Source of the DNA: Squalus acanthias
Taxonomy: Eukaryota
DNA: 64,000 bases
Direction: 5' to 3'
Assembly (NCBI GenBank): GCA_030390025.1
Contig: CM059433.1
Location: 31,808,001-31,872,000, forward strand
Shown here: positions 48,417-60,540 of the stretch, piece after piece
Layout: each line of letters starts with the position of its first letter
Numbering within the stretch: position 1 is the first letter of the stretch
The notes under the pieces: model-generated
Seen by the model: only the letters and a program-made list of their open reading frames with translations
What the model was told of the DNA's origin: nothing
Database searches by the model: none
Translations under genes and position numbers: made by a program

Positions 48417-49160
48417 AAGTTCCTGACCTTCTCCACCGCCAAGTTCCTGACCTTCTCTCCCCCGCCGATATCCTGACCTTCTCTCCCCGAGTACCTGACC
48501 TTCTCTCCCTCTCCTGCCGAGTTCCTGACCTTCTCTTTCCCGAGTTCCTGATCCTCTCTCTACTGCCCCGAGCTCCTAAACTTCTCTCCCCCTGGAGTTC
48601 CTGACCTTCTCTCCCCCTGAGTTCCTGACCTTCTCCTCCCTGAGTTCCTGACCTTCTCCTCCCTGAGTTCCTGACCTTCTCCTCCCTGAGTTCCTAACCG
48701 TCTCTCTCCCCCTGAGTTCCTGACCTTCTCCTCCCCCCCAACACCCCGAGTTCCTGAACTTCTCTCCCCCTGAGTTCCTGACCTTCTCCTCCCTGAGTTC
48801 CTGACCTTCTCTCCCCCTGAGTTCCTGACCTTCTCCTCCCTGAGTTCCTAACCGTCTCTCTCCCCCTGAGTTCCTGACCTTCTCCTCCCCCCCAACACCC
48901 CGAGTTCCTGAACTTCTCTCCCCCACTTCGACCTCCTGTCCTCTTCCCCCCCTCCAGTCTCCTGTCCTCTCCCCCCCACGAGCTCCTCTCCTCCCTCCAA
49001 GCTTTCTCCTCTCCCCCACTCTGATCCCCTCTCCTCTCCCCCCTCCGAACACCTGTACTCTCCCCACTCTGATCCCCTCTCCTCTCCCCCATCTGAGCTC
49101 CTCTGCTCCCCCCTCCGATCCCCTCTCTTCTCCCCCCACCCCAGCCCCCAATCCCCTGAC
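48417..49160 (+). repeat. Pyrimidine-rich minisatellite (~22-23 bp, CCCTGAGTTCCTGACCTTCTCT) grading into CT-rich low complexity
   Basis: About 20 visible units over 48417-48925, with a higher-order duplication. Confidence 0.92.
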
Positions 49161-49611
49161 CTTCTCCAGCGGGAGGAAAGTGTTGTTGAGGCCGCAGGCC
49201 ACAGCCCTGCGGCTAGGGGCATGCACAGTTGGAACCTCCGGTGCACATGCGCAGCCGCAACATCACGTGTGCACGCACACATGGCTCCAGTGGGGGCAGG
49301 ACAGTGTTTAGGCTCCGCCACCATATTCATGCAAATAATCACTCCGCGTTGTTATAGAAAAAAAGATAAGGGGTCTAATGTGACAAGAGGAAGAATTGAG
49401 TGGAATGGATTTTGTTTCAAGATGCATTAACCATCACATTTTGCAAACGACCCGTCCCCAAATTGGTTTCCTTCACAGAGGGTTTCATATCGCAGAATCA
49501 TTAGATCGTTAGTAAGTGATGTTCTTTACCTTTATTCCTCTGAGGCATAATTTCTTTTTTTTCCTGTTTTCTTTCTTTTACACTCTTATTCGTACCAGCA
49601 AGAATTTTTTA

Positions 49612-50031
49612 GTGTCAGCAATGGCTCACTCTTGGCTCAGAGTCAGAAGGTTGTGGGTTCGAGATCCACTCAAGACTTGAGCACAAAATCTAGGCTGACA
49701 CTACAGTTCCAGTACTGAGGGAGTGCTGCACTGAAGGAGGTGCCGTCTTTCAGATGAGACGCAAAACCGAGGCCCCTTGTGCCCTCTTAATTTGACACAA
49801 TAGATCTCACGGCAATATTTGAAGATGACCAGGGAACTACCCTCAATGTCCTGACCAACATTTATCCATCAGCCAACGCGACCAAAACAGCTGATCTCAT
49901 GCTATTTGTGGAACCTTGCTCTGCGAAAATTATCTGCTATTTTCCCTACATTACAACAGTGACTACACTTCAAAAGTAATTCATTGGCTGTAAGGTGCTG
50001 TGGAACATCCTGAGGTCGTTAAAGGTGCTAT
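49612..50031 (+). mobile_element. Deu/SacSINE-like SINE
   Basis: Colinear with 16063-16094/18105-18550. Confidence 0.85.
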
Positions 50032-50101
50032 AAGAACATAAGAATATAAGAAATAGGAGCAGGAGTAGGCCATTTGACCCTTCGAGCCTGCTCCGCCATT
50101 C

Positions 50102-50838
50102 ATAAGAACATAAGAACATAAGAAATAGGAGCAGGAGTAGGCCAATCGGCCCCTCAAGCCTGCTCCGCCATTCAATAAGATCATGGCTGATCTGATCCTA
50201 ACCGCCAATCTACTATCTACTATCACAGAACCATCTCCTGCATCTAACAGAATTGCACACACGAAATAGGAGCAGAATCAGGCTACACGGTCCCTGGGCC
50301 CGCTCCACTACCCACAGGGCCATGACCGATCCTAACCTAGACTCATGTCCAAATTCCTGCCCGCTCCCCGTAACCCTTAATGCCCTTTACTTCTAGGAAA
50401 CTGTCTATTTCTGTTTTAAATTTATTTAATGATGTAGCTTCTACAGCTTTTTTGTGGCAGCATATTCCATGGACCTACCACCCTCTGAGTGAAGTAGTTC
50501 CTCCTCATCTCAGTTTTGAAAGAGCAGCCCCTTATTCTAAGACTATGTCCCCTAGTTCTAGTCTCACCCGTCATCGGGAACATCCTCCCCGCATCCACCC
50601 GATCCAACCCCTTCACAATCTTATATGTTTCAATAAGATCGCCTCTCATTCTTCTGAACTCCAATGAGTAGAGTCCCAATCTACACAACCTCTCCTCATA
50701 TGACCACCCCCTCATCCCCGGGATTAACCGAGTGAACCTTTTTTGCACTGCCTCGAGAGCAAGGATGTCTTTCCTTAAGTAAGGACACCAAAACTGTATG
50801 CAGTATTCCAGGTGCGGTCTCACCAATACCTTGTACAA
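50102..50838 (-). mobile_element. Second CR1 3' fragment nested in the 3' UTR of the long CR1
   Basis: Host sequence CCGCCATTC|AATAAGATCATGG is split; insert has its own tail and the LYKVLVRPHLEYC frame. Confidence 0.85.
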
Positions 50839-52448
50839 TAAGATCATGGTTGATCTTTGACCTCAACTTCACTTTCCTGAACTATCCCCATATCCCTTGA
50901 TTCCCTTAATATCCAAAAATCTATCGATCTCTATCTTGAATATACTCAACGACTGAGCCTCCACAGCCCTCTGGGGTAGAGAATTCCAAAGATTCACCAC
51001 CCTCTGAGTGAAGAAATTTCTCTTCATTTCAGTCCTAAATGGCTGACCCCTTATTCTGAGACTGTGACCCTTGGTTCAAGACTCCCCAGCCAGAGGAAAC
51101 ATCCACCCTGCATCTACCCTGTCAAGCCCTGTAAGAATTTTGTATGTTTCAATGTGATCACCTCTCATTCATCTAAACTCCAGAGAATATAGGCCTAGTC
51201 TACTCAATCTCTCCTCATAGGACAATCCCTCCATCCCAGGAATCAGTCTGGTGAACCTTTGTTGTACTCCCTCTATGGCAAGTATATCCTTCCTTAGGTA
51301 AGGAGACCAAAACTGTACACAATACTCCAGGTGTGGTCTCTGTATAATTGCAGTAAGACGTCTTTACTCTTATACTCAAATCCTCTTGTAATAAAGGCCA
51401 ACATACCATTTGCTTTCCTAATTGCTTGCTGTACCTGCATGTTAACTTTCAGTGATTCGTGTACAAGGACACCCAGGTCCCTCTGAACACCAACATTTCC
51501 CAATCTCTCACCATTTAAAAAATACTCTGCTTTTCTATTTTTCCTACCAAAGTGGATAACTTCACATTTCTCCACATTATATTCCATTTGCCATGTTCTT
51601 GCCCACTCACTTAGATTGTCTATATCCCCTTGAAGCCTCTTTGCATCCTCCTCACAACTTACATTCCCACCTAGCTTTGTATCATCAGCAAACTTGGATA
51701 TAGATTGTGAATAGCTGAGGCCCAAGCACTGATCCTTACGGTACCCACTGGTTACAGCTTGCCAACTCGAAAATGACTAATTTATTCCTACTCTCTGTTT
51801 TCTGTCCATTAACCAATCCTCAAACCATGCTAGTATATTACCCCCAATCCCATGAGCCCTAATTTTGTGGCACCCTCTTGTGTGGCACCTTATCGAATGC
51901 CTTCTGAAAATCCAAATATACCACATCCACTGGTTCCCCCTTATCTATTCTGCTAGCTTCAACCTCAAAAAATTCTTAACAGATTCGTTAAACATGATTT
52001 CCCTTTCATAAAACCGTGTTGACTCTGCCCAATCCCATTATTATTTTCTAAGTGCCATGTTACCATGTCCTTAATAATATTCTAGCATTTTCCCTACTAC
52101 TGATGTCAAGCTAACTGGTCTGTAGTTCCCTGTTTTCTCTCTCCCTTCTTTCTTAATGAGTAGGGTTACATTTGCTACCTTCCAATCCGCGGGAACCATT
52201 CTAGATTCAATGGAACTTTGGAAAATGACAACCAATGCATCCATTATCTCTATAGCCACCGCTTTCAAAACCCTAGGATGTAGGCCATCAGGTCCAGGGG
52301 ATTTATTGGCTTTCAGTCCCATTAATTTCTCCAGTACTATTTTATTACTAATACGAATTTCTTTCAGTACCTCATTCTCGCTAGACCCTTGGTTCTCCAC
52401 TCTTTCAGGGAGGTTTTTTGCGTCTTCTTCCATGAAGACAGACACAAA

Positions 52449-54004
52449 GGCCGCGATTTTCTCAGCGGTGTCGGGATGGGGGCAAGACAGCTAGTTTCCG
52501 GGTTCCAGTCCCACCCACAGCTGCTTCCGCTCTGCAGACGTGACTTTCCTTTGATTGGCCTTGTTAAGCCTGCCCTGCGGTCTTACCGGCCAAATAACAG
52601 GAAGCGAGTCTGATGACATCATTTAATGACGCATCATCTGCCAGTTTCCTTAAAGGGACCATGCACAATTTTATTTTAACAGTTGATTTTTCAGTGTTTG
52701 ACAGCACTGAGTTGCTGAAAACACTGACAATCACTGCACAAAGGTGAATTCTTACACCCAGCCTCTCCAATGACTCCCTCCATATGCTTATGGAGGGAGT
52801 CACAGTAGGCAGGGAGGTTCTCTTCCCTTCCAAGGGTGGAAGAGACCTCCCCAGGACACCAACTTACAATGCACCTCCACCCAACCCTCTCTATCTACTT
52901 TATCACTTCCCATCTCACTAGTCACCCCTCACACTCACCCTCATTTTACTACAAGCATACCAACTAACAACACACAAGGGTGAGCACTTGAGAGGTTTAG
53001 CCAATGTCCATGTGAAGTTTCTGGTAATGTGTTGTCATACAGTGAAATCTCTTTTTCAAAAAGTGCCCCTTATTGGACAGATCTGAGCGCACATTGAGAA
53101 GTGTCTTACTGAGTTCCAGTGATTGTTCAGTCATAACTCCCCCCCTCCCCTGCCCCACTATAGTGATGTGTGTGCATGGAATGGCTTGGACATTAAAGGG
53201 ATGCTGGTGTGGGATGGTGTCAACCTGGCGCATCATGTGGCAGCCATAGTTTAAAGCATCAAGTGAAGAAAGTCTGGCCATGGTGATGCCATCGCTGGCC
53301 TCCTGGCCAGCAATTTTGTCAGGGGCTGATGCCCTGTGTCCAGTGAAGCATCAGGTGATGGCGGCGAAGGCTGGTGATGAGGTTGGTGATGTTGGTGTTG
53401 GCGATGATTGTGGAAGGATTCGGAGGACCAAGGTCTGATTGTTTCATTGGCTCCGATGTTGCTGGAATAGATGGCAGCTGCAGGTGAGATGACAGAGCGA
53501 TCTGTCACTGGTGAAAGAGGTTCTCCCAATGAGGTGGCACTGGACATACAGTTGGATTGAAAAACTTGTAAGCTAAGAAATCTGTATATGTATTAAAAAT
53601 GCAGTAACCAACATTTTCTTTGCTCTGAAACTCACCATGTGCAACATGGCATCCTTGACACCACTTCTGCAGCTGACATCTTTTCACACACATCAGACCA
53701 GACTCACAACACGCCACACTTAGCTGGCGTGTTGTCCGGACGTCGTAAAACCTGACCCAGAAGCTGGAAAATCAAAAAAGACCCTGAAAATTGCTCACAA
53801 GTACCTATTAATAGGCAGTTAATTGCCTTTAATCCATTTCCTGCCGCTAGCTGCCGGGTCCATTCACAAATCGGGGACCCAACACTTGGGGAGGTTGTGT
53901 GGAGGTGGGAAGACAGCGGGTTCAGAACCCGCCATCAATCAAAACGACTTTAACCTCTGACCCGCCTCCAAACCCGCCCTCTGAGCGCCAGCAAAATCAC
54001 GGCC
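52449..54004. mobile_element. Internally deleted Harbinger
   Basis: TIR GGCCG(C/T)GATTTT, TSD AAA; Myb remnant (NDSLHMLMEGV..REVLFPS) on +, transposase remnants on minus. Confidence 0.88.
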
Positions 54005-55391
54005 AAAGTATTTGTTTAATTTCTCAGCCATTTCCTTATTCCCCATTATAATTTCTCCTGTCTCAGCCTGCAAGAGACCCACATTTATTTTGTTAATCTT
54101 TTCCTTTTTACATACCTATAGAAGCTTTTACAGTCTGTTTTTATGTCTCTCGCTAGTTTACTCTCGTTCTATTTTCCCTCTCTTTATCAATTTCTTGGTC
54201 CTCTTTTGCTGAATTCTAAAATCCTCCCAATCCTCAGGCTTACTGCTCTTTTTGGCAACATTATAAGCCTTTTCCTTTGATCTAATACTATCTTTAACTT
54301 CTCTTGTTAGCCACGGTTGGACCACTTTTCCTGTGGGGTTTTTGTGCCTTAAAGGAATGTATATTTGTTGTAAATTATGTATTAATTCTTTAAATGCTAG
54401 CTATTGCTTGTCTACCGTCATACCTTTTAATGTAGTTTCCTAATCTACCTTAGCCAACTCGCCCCTCATACCTACGTAATTTGCTTTGTTTAGATTTAAG
54501 ACCCTAGTTTTGGATTTAACTAAACACTTTCAAACTCAATATAAAATTCTATCATATTATGGTCACTCTTTCCTAAGGGCCCCTTTACTACAAGGTTATG
54601 AATTAACCCTTTCTCATTGCACAATACTAGATCTAAAATAGCCTGTTCCCTAGTTGGTTCCTCAACATACTGATCTAGGAAACTATCTTGTATACGTTCC
54701 ATGAATCCGTCCTCCACACTATTACTGCAAATTTGGTTTGCCCAGTCTATATGTAGATTAAAGTCCCCCATGATTACTGTATTACCCTTGTTACATGCAC
54801 CTCTAATTTCTTGGTTTATACTCTGCCCTACATTTTGCCCTACTGTTTGAGGGCCTATAAACAACTCCCACCAATGTTTTCTGCCCCTTGCTGTTTCTTA
54901 GCTTCACCCAAACTGATTCTACTTCTTGATTTTCGGAGCTAAGATCCTTTCTCTCTACTGTCTTTATCCCATCCTTTATTATCAAGGCTACCCCTCCTCC
55001 TTTTCCATTTTGCCTATCTCTTCTAAACACTAAGGGGTAGAAATTAGGTCGCGCCCCATTTGGGGCGCAAATATCGTCCGGACGCAAATATTAGCGCCTG
55101 GCGCTAATTATCGGCACTGACAGGAAACTTCACTTTTATCACCCCGGGAGGTGAGTGGAGCGCTAAAGCAGGCGCTGCACACCTCTCTTAAGGCGCAAAG
55201 GCCAAGGAGTGAGGCGCTAACTCAGCGCGCGAGCGCAGCGCAGCTGCTGCCAGTTAGCGAGGGAACACAGACACACTGGCGCCGGACACTTCTTAAAGCG
55301 GGGGGGGGCCACTTGCTCCCCAGCCACACCCTGCTCATTGCAGCCTTGAATCTCAGCCTGGAGAGACCTGTAATCCATTTTGCTGCCAAGC

Positions 55392-57268
55392 ATGGAGAGG
55401 GTGAGAGAACGCGCTCATCGCTTCACTGAGCGGGCCTTGGATGCTCTGGTTGACGCAGTGGAGCGCAGACGATGTATGCTGTTCCCTGAGAGTGGCAGGA
55501 GGCCTTTGCCACGCGAGTTCAGAAGAGTGTGGAGGGAGGTGGCTCAGAGCGTCTCCTCCAGGAGCATGGTGCCCAGGACCCATACTCAATGCCGCAAAAA
55601 GTTCAACGACCTCACTCGGGTCGTCAGGGTGAGTGGCTTTCTCTCAATACCTTTCCATCCCTCCATCTCAACCTCACTCTATGGCCAGAGGGTCTTAAAA
55701 CCCCAATGCACAACACTCATCCAACACCTATGGCCCTTTCATCAAACACACACACACATTCCACACTTTGCATACAGTAATGGCTATTCACCTATGGGAG
55801 GCACATCAGGCAAGACCATGGCTGTATATTGTAAGGGCTATTCACCTATGGGAGGCACATCAGGCAAGACCATGGCTGTATATTGTAAGGGCTATTCACC
55901 TATGGGAGGCACATCAGGCAAGACCATGGCTGTATATTTACTCAGATGCTGTCCTTTTTCTTGCAGGCTAAGCTGGCTCATAATAGGAGACAGCAGCAAC
56001 GGACAGGTGGAGGGCGGCTTCAGCTGCAACCCCTCAGCGATCTGGAGGAGCGCGTCCACAGGATTGTGGCAAGCCGGGTGATCGGTCCCGTCGCCACTGG
56101 AGACGCCGACCCCGTTGTGGACAGCAATGGTAAGGTCATCACCTTTTTGTCCTCTGTCCTTCCACTTGTCCCTCACAATACCAGCCTTTGACACTTTCAA
56201 TCCAACTTGCTAACTCGCTGCACTTATTCCTCCCTTACTGCCACCCTGTCCTCACGCTAAAGCCACTCTTGTACCTCCCTGCTTTCAGATGGTGATTCAC
56301 CAGCTGAGGAGATGGGCCCTGAAGCTGCCACTGGGAGTGATGCTGCAGCTGAGGAGGAAGAGGAAGCCAGAGCATCAGTGCCACCCTCTCCCGAGGAAGC
56401 CCATGCCCACACTGGGAACACGCCTTCCCCGGAGGGGAGCAGGGGGGAAGGGGCTGATGATGGTGAAGCTCCAGGACCCAGCGGGCTGCAGCAACGCCAT
56501 GGGGGGGGTAGGGAAGAACGGGGGCCTTCTCCCCAGAGGGAGAGTATGCCAGACACTCCCACTGCAATGGACGCAGAGGAGGAGTGGCTGATTGCAGAAA
56601 TGAACACCCAGGCGGTGGGCATGCACACTGAGCTCATGGGTGCAGTGGGAAGGGTGCCCGATTGCATTGAGTCACTGGCAAGGAGTGCGGAGCACTTCGC
56701 TGTAGCACAGGCGGATGCCACACTAACGCTTAGTGCTGCAATTCAGTCACTGGCTGCCGTGATCCCACCTCTGACTGCTCTCATACAGACTCAGATGGAG
56801 GCCACGCGAGCACAGACTGCTGCCAACCTCGATGGTTCGTGAACATGTCCCCGGGGCTGTCACCGCGCCGCAGCAGGCCAGCAATCTGTTCTCCGGCAGA
56901 TTGCTCCGGATGCTGAAGTGCTGCCCCGTGGGAGTGCCAGTGTGTCGGGCGAGCAGGGAGTTGCTGGCCTCTCTCACGATGACAGCATTCCTGCTGCCAA
57001 CACTGTCACTTCTCCACTGCACTTGCCACCGCCTGTAGGACAGACTGCTGCCGCCCATGCAGAGTTGGTGCAGTCTGCAGCCGGGCCCTCCAGGCCCAGA
57101 AGTGGTCGAGGCCGTCCTTCAGGGGCATCTGCAGTGTCAGGGTCTGACGAGCAGCAGCCTTCCACCAGCCTTGCTGCAGCCACTGAGGTCCCATTACGGA
57201 GGAGCAGTAGGGTTAGAAGGGGGGAAGTGCGCAAGGGAAGGAGATCACCCTCGAAGGGCAAAAAGTAG
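55392..57268 (+). CDS. Harbinger Myb/SANT-like DNA-binding protein; exons 55392-55628, 55967-56129, 56289-57268 (in-frame TGA at 56840-56842)
   Basis: GT-AG introns with consistent phases (0, 1); RFTERALDALVDAV...W..VA...RTHTQCRKKFNDL; RTGGG; basic C-terminus in the same frame after the stop. Confidence 0.88.
55782..55938 (+). repeat. 54-bp tandem repeat, ~3 copies, in Myb intron 1
   Basis: GGCTATTCACCTATGGGAGG at 55782, 55836 and 55890. Confidence 0.95.
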
Positions 57269-57562
57269 GAGGTGTGCCAAAATGCTGGTCATTTTTTTAT
57301 TAAAGGCCGAGGTTCATGGCCCAACTTTTGTTTAGTGTTTTGGACATTATCTCCAGGTTGTGAGAACCAGTTATGTTATTGACTGTTTTTTTGTGTTTAT
57401 TTCTATGAGTTTGTCATGAGGAATTGACACACACAGAGTTTGTACAATAAATAAGTTTCTGTATTCAAAATATACATGGCTGGTGCTTGGAATTATTGGT
57501 GCCTTGGCCGGCTTAGGGGTTGCGTGCTGGGTTGATTAGTGTTTGTAGCAATGGCAGGGGCC

Positions 57563-58717
57563 CTAGAAGCGGCTTGCTATTAGCCGTTGACGGACGGCCC
57601 TTGCAGTTTGACCATTGTGGGCCGCCCTCCCGCCTTGGTGCTGCTGATGATCATCGTCCTCGTCCTCTTCCTCCTCCTCCTCCTCTGGTGGTGCTACAAG
57701 GCCTGGTGGCATTGGCTGGGTCCTGAGGATTGCCATGTTGTGCAACATGCAGCACACGACTACGAAGTTCGAAACTTGCTCAGGCGAGTACTGCAGGGCT
57801 CCTCCGGAATGGTCCAGACAGCGGAACCGTTGTTTCAGCACGCCGATTGTGCGCTCAATAATGTTCCTGGTTGCTTGATGGCTTTCATTGTACCGCAGCT
57901 CAGCAGGGGTGTTTGGCGTACGGAGCGGTGTCATCAGCCAGGTGCTCAATGCGTACCCCTTGTCCCCCAGAAGCCAACCAACTGGCTGATGCGGTGCCTC
58001 GAAAACTTCTGCCACAGTAGTCTGGCGCAGGATGAAAGCATCGTGGCAGCTGCCCGGATAGTGGGCATTGACAGCGAGTATCACCTGTCTGTGGTCACAG
58101 ACCAACTGCACATTCAAGGAATGGAACCCCTTTCTGTTCCTGAATTCCTCTGCATTCTCTCGCGGAGCACGCAAAGCCACATGCGTGCAGTCAATGGCGC
58201 CCTGCACCATGGGGAAGCCCGCTACCCTCACAAAGCCCAGAGCACGGTCACGCTGCTTGTCTGGGGTCATAGGGAAAGAGATGAAGTCTCGTCTCCTTCT
58301 GAAGAGGGCATTGGTGACCTGCCGGATGCAGCGATGCACCACAAACTGGGAGATATTGGCGAGGTCCCCAACAGCAGCTTGGAATGAGCCAGTGGCGTAG
58401 AAGTTCAAAGCCACTGTGACCTTCACTGCCACCGACAGAGACGTCCTGGACCTCAGCTGAGGCTGTAGATCTGGCTGCAGCAGGTGGCAGAGCTCAGTGA
58501 CCACCTCCTTGCTGAATCGCAGCCTTCGCAAACACAGCTCCTCGGACATATGGATGTAGGAGAGCTGTTCACGATATACCCTGGGAGGGTAAGCTCTCCT
58601 GTACATGCGCCTGATGGCCCTCCTCCGTCTGGCCATCATTGCCACTCTCTGTCTGCGTCTCTGTATCCTCCGATTCAGCTGGAGCAGGACGACGCCCCCA
58701 ATCATTGCAGCCCCCAT
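57563..58717 (-). CDS. Harbinger DDE transposase (HARBI1-like family), open 384-aa ORF
   Basis: [59 protein letters not shown]; no stops. Confidence 0.96.
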   Translation of the reverse strand: MGAAMIGGVVLLQLNRRIQRRRQRVAMMARRRRAIRRMYRRAYPPRVYREQLSYIHMSEELCLRRLRFSKEVVTELCHLLQPDLQPQLRSRTSLSVAVKVTVALNFYATGSFQAAVGDLANISQFVVHRCIRQVTNALFRRRRDFISFPMTPDKQRDRALGFVRVAGFPMVQGAIDCTHVALRAPRENAEEFRNRKGFHSLNVQLVCDHRQVILAVNAHYPGSCHDAFILRQTTVAEVFEAPHQPVGWLLGDKGYALSTWLMTPLRTPNTPAELRYNESHQATRNIIERTIGVLKQRFRCLDHSGGALQYSPEQVSNFVVVCCMLHNMAILRTQPMPPGLVAPPEEEEEEEDEDDDHQQHQGGRAAHNGQTARAVRQRLIASRF

Positions 58718-59613
58718 ATTCTCTTTGCCAGAAAAGTAATGAGGTACAGCAACTAAAGTAGCAACAAAGTTAGGATGAATATGCAAAACTACCTCACAAA
58801 GCGTTGAGTCAATGTAGAAGTCTCTCTCTCTCTCTCTCCGAATCTCTCTCTCTCTCTCAGAACGAGTGGTACATAAATGTCAACCACAGAAAAAGACAGG
58901 AAGAGGCCCCCTTTAAATAGCGCCCCCCCCCAGCCCCACACCGATTGATAACGTTCCAGTCTTCCGGTCGTTGGAAGCGCCAGGCGGTAAGGCAGGGGGC
59001 GCCACTCAATTTCCGCTCCGGGGCGCCCCAAGGGCGTTGCACCATGGAATGACGTCACAATCTGCGCGCGCAGGTGGTCGCAGCGGTAAGTTTTAGTGCC
59101 GCCGCACAATCTCAAGTTAAGTTCTCGAGCGGCGCAAACATCGCTGCGCCCGGGCGTTAGCGGCTTAACGCCCCATTAGCGCCCTCTTAAGGCGCTAACG
59201 GGAGGCGCAACCAAGTGAATTTTTACCCCTAAGTATCCTGGAATATTTAGTTCTCAACCTTGGTCACTTTACAACCACGTCTCCGTAATGGCTATTAGAT
59301 CAAACCTATTAATTTCTATTTCTGCTATTAATTCATGTAATTTTTTGCGAATGCTTCACGCATTCAGATATAGTGCCTTTAGCTTTGACTTTTTTCTATT
59401 TTTCCCTGATGTCACCTTAGTCACTGAAGCCCTATTACCTTTGTTACTCTCTCTGTCCCTTCCTGAACCACTCTGCTTATTTTTACCCAAAACTATGCTC
59501 TACTCTAGAGCCTTGACATTTCTCTTGTTGCTTTAAAATTTACTCTTTCCTGAATCCTCTCACCCCCCCCCCCCCCTTCATTAGTTTAAAGCCCTGTCTA
59601 CTGCCCTAGTTAT

Positions 59614-60540
59614 TCAATTCGCCAGGACACTGGTTCTAGCCCGGTTTAAGGGGAGCCCGTCCCAACAGAACAGCTCTCTCTTTCCCCAGTACTGGTGCCA
59701 GTGCCCCATGAAGCAAAACCCCTGCCTCCCACACCACTCTTTGAGCCACGCATTTAATCTTCTAATCTGCTTATCCCTATTCCAATTGGCGCATGGCTCA
59801 GGTAACAATCCAGAGATTATTACCTTTGAGGTTTTGCTTTTTAATTTGGACCCCAACTCCTCAAACTCTCTCAGCAGAACCTCATTCCTAGTTCTACCTA
59901 TGTCGTTGGTTCCTACGTGGACCATGACAACTGGATCCTCCCCTTCTTACTCCAAGTTCTTCTCCAGCCACGAAGAGATGTCTTTAACCCTGGCACCAGG
60001 CAGGCAACACAACTTTCAGAACTTCCAGTCGCGGCTGCAGAGAACAGTATCTATCCCTCTGACTATACTGTCCCCTACCACAACTACATTCCCTTTCACT
60101 CCCCCCACTTGACTGGCCTCCAGTGCCATGGTGCCATGGTCAGCTTGACCATCCATCCTGCAGGCTTTTCCTTCATCCACATAGGCAGCAAGAACCTCAT
60201 ACCTGTTGGATAAGGACAAATGCCGAGGCTCCTCCAGCTCTTCATCTGGGGTCCCCTTACCTGACTGAGTTGCAGTCACATCCTACTGTCCCTGACCACT
60301 AACCAGACCTGTACCACTACCTAACCTAAGTGGTGTGACTACCTCCTGGATCAAAGTGTCCAGATAACTCTCCCCTTCCCTGATGCCCCGCAATGTCTCT
60401 ACCTCAGACTCCAGCTCAACAACTCTGAGCTGAAGCTCCTCAAGATGCAGGCACTTACTGCAAACGTGGTTGTCCGGGATCACAATACTCTCCACAAACT
60501 CCCACATGCTGCAGTTGAGGCACACCACCTGCACTGCCAT
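59614..60540 (-). pseudogene. CR1 ORF1 (zinc finger/leucine zipper plus SGNH esterase), disrupted
   Basis: CLNC...CSKC..LEELQLRV; VVVGDSIVRG; HVGTND; DGLPLN. Confidence 0.88.

Larger units (their letters stand above)
55034..59229. mobile_element. Near-intact autonomous PIF/Harbinger transposon (4196 bp)
   Basis: TIR GGGGTA(G/A)AAATT, TSD TAA, two convergent genes, CpG-rich ends. Confidence 0.96.

Noticed and set aside
48576..49342. Long Gly/Arg/Glu-rich ORFs
   Set aside because: They arise from translation of a minisatellite that lacks stop codons.
57563..58717. Host gene HARBI1
   Set aside because: It lies between TIRs with a TSD, beside a Myb partner, inside a CR1, with paralogous copies nearby; this is a transposon, not the domesticated gene.
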